This document shows, in pieces, positions 9,785 to 20,683 of a DNA stretch of 46,632 nucleotides (its first letter is position 1; the number at the start of each line of letters is the position of its first letter). The notes beneath the pieces are model-generated. The model worked only from the letters and a program-made list of their open reading frames with translations. It was not told the origin of the DNA and did no database searches. The stretch comes from an uncultured archaeon. GTDB taxonomy: Archaea > Asgardarchaeota > Heimdallarchaeia > Heimdallarchaeales > Kariarchaeaceae. The stretch covers positions 61,394-108,025 of the forward strand of contig CAZYCQ010000005.1 of the NCBI GenBank assembly GCA_964645535.1. The letters run 5' to 3'. Made by a program: the position numbers and the translations under genes.

Positions 9785-12234
9785 CGGGTTAGGTGCTTGA
9801 TCATCTCCAAATTTTCTAACCCCACTTCAATGGCGTCTGCAATACTTGGATTTTTCTTAAGATAACCATTGAAAAACTCCTTAACATCGTTCTCCTTGTC
9901 AACAGACCTTGAGATGATGCTGACAAGCGCAATCTGATACATGAACGGATGAAGCTTTTCAAAGTTGTCAAGATTTGCCAAGTACCATTCCCAAAGGGTT
10001 TCTTTTGCAACAGGATTGCTGGCAAGGAGTGCAATGGCTCCCCCTCTGTTTCTGTAAGGAATTTCCTCAAAAATGAACTCCTCTACCTTGGGGATCAGTT
10101 CCGGATTCGAAACCTGTGTGATGGCAGCACCATAATTGACAATTTCTTGTTCATTCTGGGCTGATCTGAGCTTTTCGGCAAACCAATCAAAATCGTTGGT
10201 TTTAAGAGCCCCTACCTTCAATATGGTTGCAAGAAGATCTGCACTAATGTTCTCTCCTTCCTTCAGTTTATTGAAAAGTTCCATTGCCCTTGAGCTGATT
10301 GTTTCTGATCCGAGCCTTACCGCTGCCCAAAGAATGTCCGGTCGAGCCATGGAAACTGCAAGATCTTCTCCATCCACAGGGTCAAAACCAATCTTCTCAA
10401 TTGCCTGTTCAAGAATCTTCTTTCCTTGCACTGCAACCTTCTCTCTTCTGCCATCGTCAAAAAATTCAAAAAGAGTTGAAAGATGCCCTGCAATGTTCTT
10501 CAAAGGCATGGCATGATCCTCTTGGTCATAGAATGATAGAAAACCAAGGTACTCCTCCAAGGTTATGTCTCTGCTCCTTAGGAACCCATACATGTCCTCT
10601 TCTAAGCTCCATCTGTCAGTAGCTGAAATTTGTTTCTTCCGGATCAGTTCTCCAAGAAGCTCCCACTCTGTTTTTTCATATTGAACTCTGTAAAACCCCG
10701 TGGAATCCATGTTCACTTTGAATGCATCAAACTCTTCCCCAAGGTCAAGACTTCCTTCCCGATCCGTAAGCATAAAGGACTTTTCAATCCCCTTCTCTCC
10801 CTTGAATACCTTTACTGAAATTGGAACCATCCATACCTGTTCCGAATCGTTTGGAAGGAAGGTAAACCTTCTTTGAGAAAACAGAAGGGTATTCCCATTT
10901 CGTTTTACTGAAACGACAGGATAGCCCGGCTGCAAAACCCAACTTTCCATCAAATCCACAACCGGTTTTCCTGAAGCCTCCTGAATACTCCTCCATAAAT
11001 CTCCTGATGAAGCTACGGAATACTTGAACTTGTCAAGGTAATGCCTTAAACCTTTCTGAAAACTCTCTTCTCCAAGATAGGCCATCATCTGCCTTAAGAC
11101 ACTGCCTCCTTTGTTATAGAGGATGTTCACATTCTTGATGGTCATTCCCTGTCCTGTATCCTCTGGAACTTCTATTGGGAGGGTGGCGTGCCGACCGTCG
11201 GCATTGAGTGCCGGTGCGGTTTCTGAAGCAACAAAGAATTCCCAAACTCGCTTGTGTGGGTAGTAATGGTCAACAACAAGAAAACTGAAAAAGGTCGCAA
11301 AGCTTTCGTTCAACCAGAGATATTTCCAAGAAACCGGTGAAACAAGATTCCCAAACCATTGATGGACAACTTCATGTGCAATGACTTCCTCAATTCTTAA
11401 TTCCTGCATTTTTGAGGTTATGCCTGGATAATGCAAAAGCAGATTTTCCCTGAAAAGAATGGCTCCCCAATTTTCCATTGCTCCATGCGCAAATGCCGCA
11501 GTGCCTATGAAATCAAGCTTGGAAATAGGATAGGGTATTCCAAACCAATCCTCACAATATTCCAATGATTTGATCCCGAAATCCAATCCAAATTGTCCAT
11601 ATTTACTGGCATTTCCGGGGGATGCAATCAGTCTGATCGGTCTGCCACGTGATTCCGCCTCAATTGCTTCAAATTCTCCAATTCCAAAGAAAACAAGATA
11701 GGTTGACATTATTGGTGTACGTTCAAATTTGACCAATTTCTTCCCATTTCCAAGATCCTTTTCCTCAATAATCGAGGTATTGGAAATGCAAAACAGATCC
11801 TTGTCTACCACATACTCAATGTCGAATGTAGCTTTCTTCCCTGGTTCATCAAAACAGGGGAACGCTCTCCGGGCATCATTCTCTTGGAATTGCGTCACTG
11901 CCACAAATTTTTCCTTACCTTCTGAAATGAATTTACTACGATAGAGGCCTACCAACTTGTCGTTGATTTCTCCCTTGTAATCAATTTCCAATTTCAGATT
12001 TCCTTTGGTCTTTCCGTCAAGAAACAAAATCAATTTCTGTCTCTCCAAGGACAGTTCATGTTTGACTTCTTTGTTATTCACCTTGCACTTGGCTACCTCT
12101 AGGTCAAGTGCATCCAATTCGATCCTGTCGATTTCTTCATCGACGGTGACTGAAATCTCAACATTCCCGGTAAACCCAAAATGCTCTAGATCCGGTTCCA
12201 GATGTATGGAATAGTGTGAAGGAAGAACACCCAT
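9778..12234 (-). CDS. M1-family zinc aminopeptidase (tricorn-interacting factor/puromycin-sensitive type)
   Basis: GAMEN motif, HEVVH...E zinc motif, ARRAFPCFDEP, YNKGGSVL; ERAP1-like C-terminus. Confidence 0.95.
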   Translation of the reverse strand: MGVLPSHYSIHLEPDLEHFGFTGNVEISVTVDEEIDRIELDALDLEVAKCKVNNKEVKHELSLERQKLILFLDGKTKGNLKLEIDYKGEINDKLVGLYRSKFISEGKEKFVAVTQFQENDARRAFPCFDEPGKKATFDIEYVVDKDLFCISNTSIIEEKDLGNGKKLVKFERTPIMSTYLVFFGIGEFEAIEAESRGRPIRLIASPGNASKYGQFGLDFGIKSLEYCEDWFGIPYPISKLDFIGTAAFAHGAMENWGAILFRENLLLHYPGITSKMQELRIEEVIAHEVVHQWFGNLVSPVSWKYLWLNESFATFFSFLVVDHYYPHKRVWEFFVASETAPALNADGRHATLPIEVPEDTGQGMTIKNVNILYNKGGSVLRQMMAYLGEESFQKGLRHYLDKFKYSVASSGDLWRSIQEASGKPVVDLMESWVLQPGYPVVSVKRNGNTLLFSQRRFTFLPNDSEQVWMVPISVKVFKGEKGIEKSFMLTDREGSLDLGEEFDAFKVNMDSTGFYRVQYEKTEWELLGELIRKKQISATDRWSLEEDMYGFLRSRDITLEEYLGFLSFYDQEDHAMPLKNIAGHLSTLFEFFDDGRREKVAVQGKKILEQAIEKIGFDPVDGEDLAVSMARPDILWAAVRLGSETISSRAMELFNKLKEGENISADLLATILKVGALKTNDFDWFAEKLRSAQNEQEIVNYGAAITQVSNPELIPKVEEFIFEEIPYRNRGGAIALLASNPVAKETLWEWYLANLDNFEKLHPFMYQIALVSIISRSVDKENDVKEFFNGYLKKNPSIADAIEVGLENLEMIKHLTRQ

Positions 12235-12368
12235 ACCTCAGTATCAGTTTCGTAATTTATATGCATATAGCAAAAATACAGGATTTCCACCCATCTCCTA
12301 GTCACAACCAAACAAATCGAATGCAGTATTATCGTATGGTTTTTTACGCTTTCAAACCTCTCTGCACT

Positions 12369-13118
12369 ATGGCCGTTATTGAAATTAATGGATTGAACAA
12401 GTTCTTTGGAAAATTTCAGGCACTCCGTGATGTAACGCTCAAAATTGAAGAAGGTGAGGTCTTTGGGCTTTTAGGCCTGAATGGTGCAGGTAAAACAACT
12501 CTCATCCGTATCCTGATGGGACTTCTAAAACCAACTTCTGGCTCTGTTCGTGTTTTTGGGATTGATCCATCCAAAGAGCCTCTTCCAATCCGAAAACGAG
12601 CTTCACTGCTTCCTCAGGAATGTCAAGCATATGAAAATCTGACGGCCTTCGAAAATATTGTCTACTATGGGCTGATGCAAAGTGTATCCCCTAAAGAAGA
12701 AATAATAGACCGAGCACAATACCTGATTGAGCTTATCGGCCTTAAGGGAAGGGAAAATGAATTGACCAAAAAATTCTCTGGAGGGATGAAAAGAAAAGTT
12801 CTAGTGGCTCGATCTGTGGTGGGGAACCCTGAATTGCTCTTCCTTGACGAACCGACAACTGGAATAGATGTATTGGGTGCTCGTAAGGTACGAAATTTAA
12901 TCCACCGATTGAGCAAGGAGGAACGAAAAACCATTATTCTTACCACCCATGACCTTACGGAAATCAACTTACTATGTGATAGAGTCGGTATCCTGGTTGA
13001 TGGTGAACTTAAAGCAATTGGAAGTCCAGATGAACTTGAAGACCAGTTCCGATCTGCAAACATCGAAGAAATCTTTGCCGCACTCGTGGAAGGTGAAGTT
13101 GGAGGTGTCGATGCATGA
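12369..13118 (+). CDS. ABC transporter ATP-binding protein
   Basis: Walker A GLNGAGKTT, FSGGM signature, Walker B LFLDEPT, H-loop TTH. Confidence 0.95.
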   Translation: MAVIEINGLNKFFGKFQALRDVTLKIEEGEVFGLLGLNGAGKTTLIRILMGLLKPTSGSVRVFGIDPSKEPLPIRKRASLLPQECQAYENLTAFENIVYYGLMQSVSPKEEIIDRAQYLIELIGLKGRENELTKKFSGGMKRKVLVARSVVGNPELLFLDEPTTGIDVLGARKVRNLIHRLSKEERKTIILTTHDLTEINLLCDRVGILVDGELKAIGSPDELEDQFRSANIEEIFAALVEGEVGGVDA

Positions 13119-14353
13119 GACGGCAATTAATGACCCTTGTGATGCAAGAACTTAAACAAGCCATGAGAAATAAAAGTCTCATGTTCATGTTTGTAATCTT
13201 CCCACTCTTTATGTGGGGTATGCAAGGGAGTATTCAATTTCTCGCAACCAGTAGCAGCGTTTCCGAAGGACAAACCTTTTTCATCATCAATAATGATGAG
13301 GGGAACTCGACAACCAATATGGGTGATATTTTAATTCATGCACTGGATCTGACTATCAAAACCAATGGTACCTTGCTTTATGGTGCAATCATGAACCGCA
13401 CCCTTTCCGCGGACAATTTCGATCAGGCAGTTTCTCTGGTCAAAGACAAAGGACTTTCTCCTCTGATCTACATTCCAAAGAATTTCACAGAAGCTCATGA
13501 AAATTTCACCTCGATTATGACATCCCCTACTCCTTTCATTGTTTTACTGAGCAGACCTGATGATGACGCTCTTTTTCTCAATGATCTGTCCATTACTGTC
13601 CGAACCATTCTTTCAGGCTCCCCTTTCACTGAAGTCACCTATCACAAAACTGCCAAATTGGTACCTCAACGTATTGTTTTTGAGGGTGAGGAAGAAACCA
13701 GCTTCTTTTTCCTTGGACTGATTGCCTTCATCGCAACGCTAATCGCAGTACAGGCACCTGCAAGCTACATTTCAACTGCATTTTCAGGAGAACGAGAAAA
13801 GCACACTTTGGAGGCGTTGCTGGCATTGCCTATGAAACCCATACACATCCTTTTGGGAAAGGTGATCGCAGCCTTTATCCTTACCCTTATTTTTGCAACA
13901 TCCAATATCTTTGGAATGATTGTCTTCGCAAAATTGGTCAATGCGGAAAACATCCTGACACCATATCAGATGGCAGTGGTCACTCTTGTTCTCGTCATCA
14001 CTGCATTTGTGGCAACTGGATTGGGGATCTCAATCACCAGCTTTGCCAAGGACACTCGAACTGCAAACACAGTCTATCAATTCGTAATGCTAATTCCAAC
14101 TATTTTTGTCGGCATTTCCGCAATCTTCGGAACAGTCCCGGAAACATTGACATGGGTTTACCTCATTCCTTGGATGCATACCATCGCCGTGCTGCAAAAA
14201 GCATTGTTCCCCCAAATCCTCTCCAACTCAACACTTACTGGGAATATAGGGCTGGATATCCTTTTCCACCTTCTCTACCTCTTATTTTTTGTAATGGCTA
14301 GTTTCGTCCTTGCTGCCCGTCTTTTCAGTCGCGAAAGCATTCTTAAGTCCTAG
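13115..14353 (+). CDS. ABC-2 type permease (NatB-like)
   Basis: ATGA overlap with the ATPase gene; GEREKHTLEALLALPM...ILLGK motif; multiple TMs. Confidence 0.9.
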   Translation: MRRQLMTLVMQELKQAMRNKSLMFMFVIFPLFMWGMQGSIQFLATSSSVSEGQTFFIINNDEGNSTTNMGDILIHALDLTIKTNGTLLYGAIMNRTLSADNFDQAVSLVKDKGLSPLIYIPKNFTEAHENFTSIMTSPTPFIVLLSRPDDDALFLNDLSITVRTILSGSPFTEVTYHKTAKLVPQRIVFEGEEETSFFFLGLIAFIATLIAVQAPASYISTAFSGEREKHTLEALLALPMKPIHILLGKVIAAFILTLIFATSNIFGMIVFAKLVNAENILTPYQMAVVTLVLVITAFVATGLGISITSFAKDTRTANTVYQFVMLIPTIFVGISAIFGTVPETLTWVYLIPWMHTIAVLQKALFPQILSNSTLTGNIGLDILFHLLYLLFFVMASFVLAARLFSRESILKS

Positions 14354-15519
14354 ATCAGTGAATGCACTGCCTCGCAGAACCTCTCAATCTCCTCAATTGT
14401 GTTATAGTAGTGGACTGACGCTCTTACAAGTGACTCCAGTCCTCTTCTCTTCATGTCCAGATATGCGTTGGATTCTTGTGTAACACTTACATTGAAGCCA
14501 TTTTCAATCAGCCTATCCCTTAATTCAAAATGATCTTGACCCTTGACTTCAAAGGTCACGATCCCTCCCCTGATTTTTCCCAAGTCTCTTACATTTACCC
14601 CTTCCAGTTGGTCAAGCGATTCCCTTAGATGCGATGCCAACATCTGTATCCTCTTCCATCCTTTTTCCACCCCAATCTCCATGGCATACTCGACCGCTCT
14701 TCCCAATCCCAAAAAAAGTCCTGGATTAAACTCAAACGTCTCAAAACGCCGCCTATCCAAATGAGGTTCATAATCGTTGGTAGTGTAGCTTGCTGCAAAA
14801 GCATCTATGATGGGTGGATGCAATTCTCCAAGCCTCTCTTCCCTTACATATAGAAATCCGGTTCCTCTTGGACCTCGAAGGAATTTTCTTCCTGTGGCTG
14901 AAAGGAAATCGCATCTCAAGCGATGGACGTCAATGGGCTTTTGCCCCACTGATTGGCATGCATCCAAAAGATAGAGTGTTCCATACTCTTCTGCAAGCTT
15001 CCCCACCTCCTCTGCTGGATTAACCAAACCCGAATTGGTCGGAATGTGGTTGATGCTCACCAATTTTGCACCTCTTTCAAGTTCCCGTTCCAATGAGGTG
15101 AGATCCAATGCTCCCTCTCCATCGTCTTCAACAACGTGGATCTCAATTCCCTTGGTTTTTGCCAGATGCAAATAGCTGACATAATTGGAGCAATACTCTG
15201 TGAAGGTAGTAAGAATCCTGTCACCTTTTTTGAAATCGATCCCATAGAACGCCATTTCCCATGCCCTTGTAGCGTTTTCTGCCCTTGAAATCTCTTCCGC
15301 TTTTCCTCCAATCAATGAAGCTATGGATCCATACACTTTGGCAATTTCCTCTGCTCTTGCAGCAGCCAGCTCATACCCTCCAACTCGGGATTCCTCTTCA
15401 AGGTATCCCAAAACAGTCTCTAAAACGGCCTGTGGGGGAAGAGATGCTCCTGCATTGTTGAAATGGACTCTCTGGAAACAACCTGGGGTGTCCTTCCTCA
15501 CTCGATCGACATCAATCAT
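14350..15519 (-). CDS. Class V PLP-dependent aminotransferase (cysteine desulfurase-like fold)
   Basis: HFNNAGAS, DACQSVGQ, SATGRKFLRGPRGTG (PLP lysine), RASVHYYNT; GAGGAGG RBS upstream. Confidence 0.9.
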   Translation of the reverse strand: MIDVDRVRKDTPGCFQRVHFNNAGASLPPQAVLETVLGYLEEESRVGGYELAAARAEEIAKVYGSIASLIGGKAEEISRAENATRAWEMAFYGIDFKKGDRILTTFTEYCSNYVSYLHLAKTKGIEIHVVEDDGEGALDLTSLERELERGAKLVSINHIPTNSGLVNPAEEVGKLAEEYGTLYLLDACQSVGQKPIDVHRLRCDFLSATGRKFLRGPRGTGFLYVREERLGELHPPIIDAFAASYTTNDYEPHLDRRRFETFEFNPGLFLGLGRAVEYAMEIGVEKGWKRIQMLASHLRESLDQLEGVNVRDLGKIRGGIVTFEVKGQDHFELRDRLIENGFNVSVTQESNAYLDMKRRGLESLVRASVHYYNTIEEIERFCEAVHSLI

Positions 15520-15566
15520 TGTTCCTCCTCATCGTGTGTAATTTTTTCTTTTGCCCCTGTTCTGTC

Positions 15567-15905
15567 TCATTTTGCCCGTTCTTCCTTAATTTTATTCCAA
15601 CTGGACTTCAGATCCTCTTCTTCCTCCATGGATGTCCGAATAAGCGTAAACAGGAGTTCAATGGCAATCGCCGAGTTATATGCATAATATCCGAATTCCT
15701 TGTACCAATTGCCTTCCTTCAGATGCCATTCTGTGATCAGAAATGTGGGGCAATTGTCTACAAGTTCTATCATATATCGCCTGTGCCTTATATTGATGTC
15801 AATCATTATGCATTTTTCTTTAATCATTTTTTCCTTATTTGCCTGAAGTGTCTCCTCAAAAGCGGAATGGATATCTGAACGAGTAATAGGTGCTTGCTTG
15901 TCCAT
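15567..15905 (-). CDS. Hypothetical protein
   Basis: 112-aa ORF filling the gap between two minus-strand genes; no recognisable motif. Confidence 0.4.
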   Translation of the reverse strand: MDKQAPITRSDIHSAFEETLQANKEKMIKEKCIMIDINIRHRRYMIELVDNCPTFLITEWHLKEGNWYKEFGYYAYNSAIAIELLFTLIRTSMEEEEDLKSSWNKIKEERAK

Positions 15906-16047
15906 TTGTCCTCATAAATAATGGGGCGATGCCTTGATTAATTCCAATCCATTCACATGGTTCTGAAAAGTTTAGATCCAAATCTTGTTTTCATCTTTGA
16001 AATGTCTTATCTTGCAATCATGGCATAATTTTAGTTTAATTTTCGTT

Positions 16048-17856
16048 TCATGCACAAGGGTCAAAAGATGCTGAAGTTATTCCGGAACTTGTATCCCATA
16101 CATATCCATCCAACGTTAAACCTGTCACGTCTAGCGTATAGGTTCCACAACTATTGGAATTCCATGAGAAAACAACCTCGCCATTGGCATCTGTTGTGCC
16201 ACTTCCAGTACCGATTGACCCATCAGGAAAGGTCACTTGAACATCTACAATAACTCCTTCTAGGGGATTGCCAGCTGCATCAACAACAGTCACCGTTGCG
16301 TAAGTGGTATAAGTTCCTGCAAAGAAGGTCTCAACAAAGGTTATGCTAAGAACATACATGGTGGTTGTGCTTGCATCAAGGGTGGTTGCATTTACTGGAT
16401 CTGATTTTGTACCTTCATTTGAAGACGTGTCTACTGCAGAAACCTCATATGTATATGTTGTTGATGCAGAAAGACCTGTGTCGCTGAAAGAATTGGTTGT
16501 GGGCTGTGCAATCAGCACTCCATCTCTATATACATTGTAGTGACTCAGATCACTCTCACTGTTTGCATCCCATGCCAAATCAATTTGGGAACTTGAAATC
16601 ACACTTGCAGTCAATCCAGTTACCTGTGCAGGAGGGGTTGTGTCATTTATCGATCCACCTCCTCCAGTTGCCAATGCAACAGCAGCTTCTGCATCAACCA
16701 ATCCATATCCATAATAATCATCTTTTCCTGGAGCACCCAGATCTTCTGCTGAATTCTGCAAAATTGACCTTACATCAACATTGGTCAAGGATGGATCCGC
16801 TGAAAACACCAATGCTGCTACTCCGCTGACATGTGGCGTTGCCATTGAGGTGCCGGACCATGTATCATAATTTAACGCAGGTGCAAAAATTCCGTTACCC
16901 ACTTTGTAGGTGGGTGTGGTGGAAGTAATGTCGACACCCGGTGCTGAAATTTCCAGTTCCGGTCCGAAGTTTGAAAAGTCTGCAATTTGGTCATTAATGT
17001 CCGTAGCACCAACTGCAATGAATTCCGGAAATGCCGCGGGATATCCTACTTCTGCTCCGTCATTTCCAGATGCTGCAACCAAAAGAACTCCTGCCGCATA
17101 GGCGTTTTCACCTGCAATTTGAATCGTAGTGCTTGGTGAGCTGGATCCCAGTGATAATGAAGCTATTTGCATCCCGTTTGCTGCAGCCCAATCAATCCCC
17201 GCAGCAACATCTGCAGACGAACCACTTCCCCTATTATCCAACACTTTGACCGCGTAAATTGAAACTTTAGGTGCTGTACCTATTAAGGAACCTGCCAATG
17301 CATTTGGTTCATCATCCTGTGCCGCGATTGTTCCTGCAACATGCGTACCATGACCTTGATCATCAAGCGGATCATTGTCATCATTGACAAAGTCATAACC
17401 CCCTGCATATGCAGCTGCCAGGTCTGGATGTGTATAGTCAATTCCCGTGTCAATGACTGCAACCTTAACTCCAGATCCTGCAATAGATGTGGTGACATCA
17501 AGGGCTCCGTCTGAACCGCCCCATACAATGTCTGCATCAACTCGATCCACACCCCAATCAAGTGTGTCTTCGAGAAGATAAACTTCTGTAGCTATTTCCA
17601 CTGTCTTGACAAACGGAATGTTCGCAATGACTTCTACCAGACCCTCTGGAATGTATGCATTAACTGCCGGAAATGTGGAGAATTCATAGGTAATTTCCAC
17701 ATCGTAGTTTTTTAGGATATTCAGATTTACTTCCTCATTGAAGATGATGCTTACTTCCACCATTTGTGTATTGGTTTGGGGTAGAAGTGCAACACTTCCG
17801 AAAGCGAGGATTGTAAGCAATAAAATCGTATTTTTTCTTGGTTTCATAATGTTCAT
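16048..17856 (-). CDS. Secreted S8 subtilisin-like protease with FN3 and Ig-like C-terminal domains
   Basis: Signal peptide, I9-like propeptide, triad VAVIDTG / HGTHVAG / GTSMATPH; FN3 (DTTPPAQVTGL...YNVYRDG...TYTYEVSAVD). Confidence 0.95.
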   Translation of the reverse strand: MNIMKPRKNTILLLTILAFGSVALLPQTNTQMVEVSIIFNEEVNLNILKNYDVEITYEFSTFPAVNAYIPEGLVEVIANIPFVKTVEIATEVYLLEDTLDWGVDRVDADIVWGGSDGALDVTTSIAGSGVKVAVIDTGIDYTHPDLAAAYAGGYDFVNDDNDPLDDQGHGTHVAGTIAAQDDEPNALAGSLIGTAPKVSIYAVKVLDNRGSGSSADVAAGIDWAAANGMQIASLSLGSSSPSTTIQIAGENAYAAGVLLVAASGNDGAEVGYPAAFPEFIAVGATDINDQIADFSNFGPELEISAPGVDITSTTPTYKVGNGIFAPALNYDTWSGTSMATPHVSGVAALVFSADPSLTNVDVRSILQNSAEDLGAPGKDDYYGYGLVDAEAAVALATGGGGSINDTTPPAQVTGLTASVISSSQIDLAWDANSESDLSHYNVYRDGVLIAQPTTNSFSDTGLSASTTYTYEVSAVDTSSNEGTKSDPVNATTLDASTTTMYVLSITFVETFFAGTYTTYATVTVVDAAGNPLEGVIVDVQVTFPDGSIGTGSGTTDANGEVVFSWNSNSCGTYTLDVTGLTLDGYVWDTSSGITSASFDPCA

Positions 17857-17988
17857 CTCGCATTGATTGTGTCGGATTCGGAACCCGTTAATGCATGTAT
17901 TTACAAATAATTTAAAAATATTTCGAAAAAAAATGTAGAATGTGGGGTCTCTGAATAGTCTTATATCTTTTGCCGTCCCTTACAAACT

Positions 17989-19173
17989 ATGACAGAAACA
18001 AAACTCCACATCCATAACTTTCGCCTGTTTGTATCATGCTTTTATCGAAAGGAGCATCTTCCCTCCGATATTTCCCAATTCATTCGATCCTATATTGCGA
18101 TGGATATGCGAAACAAGCCGAAACATTTCAGACTTGTCCATCTCGGAGATTTCAGCTATGGAGCATTTGATTCCCTCGGGTCTCTTGAAATCGATCTGGG
18201 AACCGTCGATACGGGGAATGAGCCCAAACCCTCCGACCCATTTCTTCTAAGCAAGGAGATCAAGAATGCCTTGGAAAAAATCAATGAAGATTCTGCCGAA
18301 TTCCGGTTCGATACATTCAGTCTCTATCCCTATGCCGTTATCCATGCAAATGCCCTCCAAGGACATCCTGACATTCTTTGGACAACTGAAACAATCCGTG
18401 AACACAAAAGGGTGATCGGTCCTTGGATCGAATATTACTCCGGACAATGGGACGATTACTCTGAAGAGCTCTATGATTCTCGAATCCAAGGAAACCTTTC
18501 CAATCGACTTTCAGAACTTCATTTTATAAGAGCGAATTCCGCATTCATTTTCATGCCCACAACCGATCCCGGATGGGAAACCTTCATGGACTATATGGAA
18601 AAAAACTTCATAACCCCCATCATTCTCTCTAAGGCAATCGTCTTCGCCCTGATGACCATCAATGAAGAATTGGATGGACTTGCAGAACGTATCTCCGAAA
18701 CCAAGGGTCAGATCCCCCTTGCCAAAATTGAAGAAGAACTTGAATTCATTGAGCAGATGAAACTCAGTGTCTCCATTATCTCCACACGTCTTGATCGAGA
18801 AAAACTCATGAACCGTCTTCAACATGCCACTGCTGTCATCAAGGAATGCTTCAGGATATTTTCCCTCAATGAAGCCAATGCAACCATCAATCGGAAGGTT
18901 GAGACCCTCAGGGAAACTCTACAGGCTTTGCAGGAAAAAACAAAATTAAAACTCCAAGCCCAACAAAAGAAATGGGTTCTGATACTCAACGCCCTCATCG
19001 GTTCACAAGTCCTTTTCACCATCAGGGATAATATCGTCGGATTGGACATTGTCCAACAAAAGGGATGGGCAAACACCATCAGTGTCCTTACTTGGTTGCT
19101 TTTCGGAATCCTTGTGATCACCAGCCTTGTCGGACTTGCAATTTCGTATCTCCGAAGGACAAGGGAAATCTGA
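17989..19173 (+). CDS. Hypothetical protein with coiled-coil and two C-terminal TM helices (CorA-like topology)
   Basis: Soluble N-terminus, long heptad region, two terminal hydrophobic helices; no GMN motif. Confidence 0.6.
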   Translation: MTETKLHIHNFRLFVSCFYRKEHLPSDISQFIRSYIAMDMRNKPKHFRLVHLGDFSYGAFDSLGSLEIDLGTVDTGNEPKPSDPFLLSKEIKNALEKINEDSAEFRFDTFSLYPYAVIHANALQGHPDILWTTETIREHKRVIGPWIEYYSGQWDDYSEELYDSRIQGNLSNRLSELHFIRANSAFIFMPTTDPGWETFMDYMEKNFITPIILSKAIVFALMTINEELDGLAERISETKGQIPLAKIEEELEFIEQMKLSVSIISTRLDREKLMNRLQHATAVIKECFRIFSLNEANATINRKVETLRETLQALQEKTKLKLQAQQKKWVLILNALIGSQVLFTIRDNIVGLDIVQQKGWANTISVLTWLLFGILVITSLVGLAISYLRRTREI

Positions 19174-19257
19174 AATATGGAATAATGGCCAAATTCTTCC
19201 GAAAATGCAATGTCTAAATGTTTTTTTGCAATAAAGCACTTAATCTTGGAAAAATAC

Positions 19258-20466
19258 ATGGATTTGTTGAACGGCATTGGGATTTTAATCTACATTTTCC
19301 CATTCTTGCTTGCAGGTGCCCTTGTCAATCTCATTCAGCTATTGCTTGTCCTAAGACGATTCTCCTCATTTGCCATTCTTCGCATCCTTTTGGGATACGT
19401 CCTACTGTCCATCTGGGTTGTTCTCTCTGTTGTAGTTGTCATTCTCCATGAGGAAAACATCATCATGCTCCAGACATCTGCACCTTATGTCACACTGCTG
19501 TTCATCATGACCATCCAGACCCTTATCCTTGCAAACTATCCGCTCACCCCTAGACCATTCCGACTGACCAATTTTGCCCTCGCCTTCGGTTGGATACTCT
19601 TCGGATTGGCACTCGCACAATTGGTGTTCCCCCAAGCAACATTTGTTGTCCCAAAAACCGTAAATGGGGCATATTCCCCAAAAGTACACCCTCTCTTCAT
19701 CATCCTTTCCGCATTTAGGGGTGCTATATTCCTTTACCTGCTACTTGGGACCGCATTGCGGATTGCATTGAACAATGACAGAAATCCATTGGTCTCCATT
19801 TCCGGCTTCTTGACAGCATTGGTGGGATTCATCCTCGTTTTTGCCCCCAATCTCATTCAAAACACAACGATTTCCCTATATCTCTATCTCTTCGGAAGAT
19901 TCATGATCATCACTGGAATCACCATCTTCCTTGAAAAAATACGTAAAGATCCCGTAAATCAATTGGGAGCAATCCTCGGAATAAACCTCTTCTTCCAAAA
20001 ACAATTTGTCCAGTTCGCACTTTTTGGATACGGTGCCAAAGGGGTTCAGGTCATGTTTCACTCCAAGTTTCCATTCTATTCAAATGAAGACGAAAAATAT
20101 GAAAACATCCTCTCTCTCGGAATGGCCGGAATAACCGCACTAGGTAGAGGTGAGGAATATATTGAAGGGTCTGCAATCCTCCCAATCATCTCCCCCTTCC
20201 AAATGACCGGACTCGTCATGACTGCATGGATAAACGACCCACAACAAACTGACCCGCGATTGATGGGAAGAACATATCTCGCTCTCATTGTTCTCATCGA
20301 TCGACAGTTCGATTTCCTCTTCAGAAACAGAAAACATTGGGAACGACAATTCAAAAAATTCCTTGAAAAACAAAAATCATTGGCCAGAATTTTCCCCGAA
20401 AATACTATGATGTTCACAAAAAAGACCCTTATCGAAGCCGCAATAACTCTCCCAAGATATCCCTAA
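19258..20466 (+). CDS. Multi-pass membrane protein with C-terminal uDENN/longin-like domain
   Basis: About 7 TMs, then FALFGYGAKGVQV...GITALGRG...ILPI...MTAWINDPQQTDPRLMGRTYLALIVL. Confidence 0.6.
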   Translation: MDLLNGIGILIYIFPFLLAGALVNLIQLLLVLRRFSSFAILRILLGYVLLSIWVVLSVVVVILHEENIIMLQTSAPYVTLLFIMTIQTLILANYPLTPRPFRLTNFALAFGWILFGLALAQLVFPQATFVVPKTVNGAYSPKVHPLFIILSAFRGAIFLYLLLGTALRIALNNDRNPLVSISGFLTALVGFILVFAPNLIQNTTISLYLYLFGRFMIITGITIFLEKIRKDPVNQLGAILGINLFFQKQFVQFALFGYGAKGVQVMFHSKFPFYSNEDEKYENILSLGMAGITALGRGEEYIEGSAILPIISPFQMTGLVMTAWINDPQQTDPRLMGRTYLALIVLIDRQFDFLFRNRKHWERQFKKFLEKQKSLARIFPENTMMFTKKTLIEAAITLPRYP

Positions 20467-20496
20467 GCTCACTCCTCCCAAAAACAGGTCGAAAAT

Positions 20497-20679
20497 ATGC
20501 CTGTCGAATATCAGCAATTTCATACCCTCTTCGAAGGATTCCTCAAAGGATTGCCCGCAAGAATACCTCAAGACCTAAAACTCTCGGAATTCATAAGCAA
20601 TGTCGGAGAAGAACTGTTCAAAAGAGGAAATGAAATACTCGTGGCATTACTTGCTAAATTGGACAATTTCAACCCGTAA
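20497..20679 (+). CDS. Small hypothetical protein
   Basis: 60-aa amphipathic ORF between the previous gene and the tRNA. Confidence 0.35.
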   Translation: MPVEYQQFHTLFEGFLKGLPARIPQDLKLSEFISNVGEELFKRGNEILVALLAKLDNFNP

Positions 20680-20683
20680 AAAA

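Noticed and set aside
14350-15519. Calling this gene SufS/IscS
   Set aside because: The catalytic Cys loop (RxGxHCA / SSGSAC) is absent.
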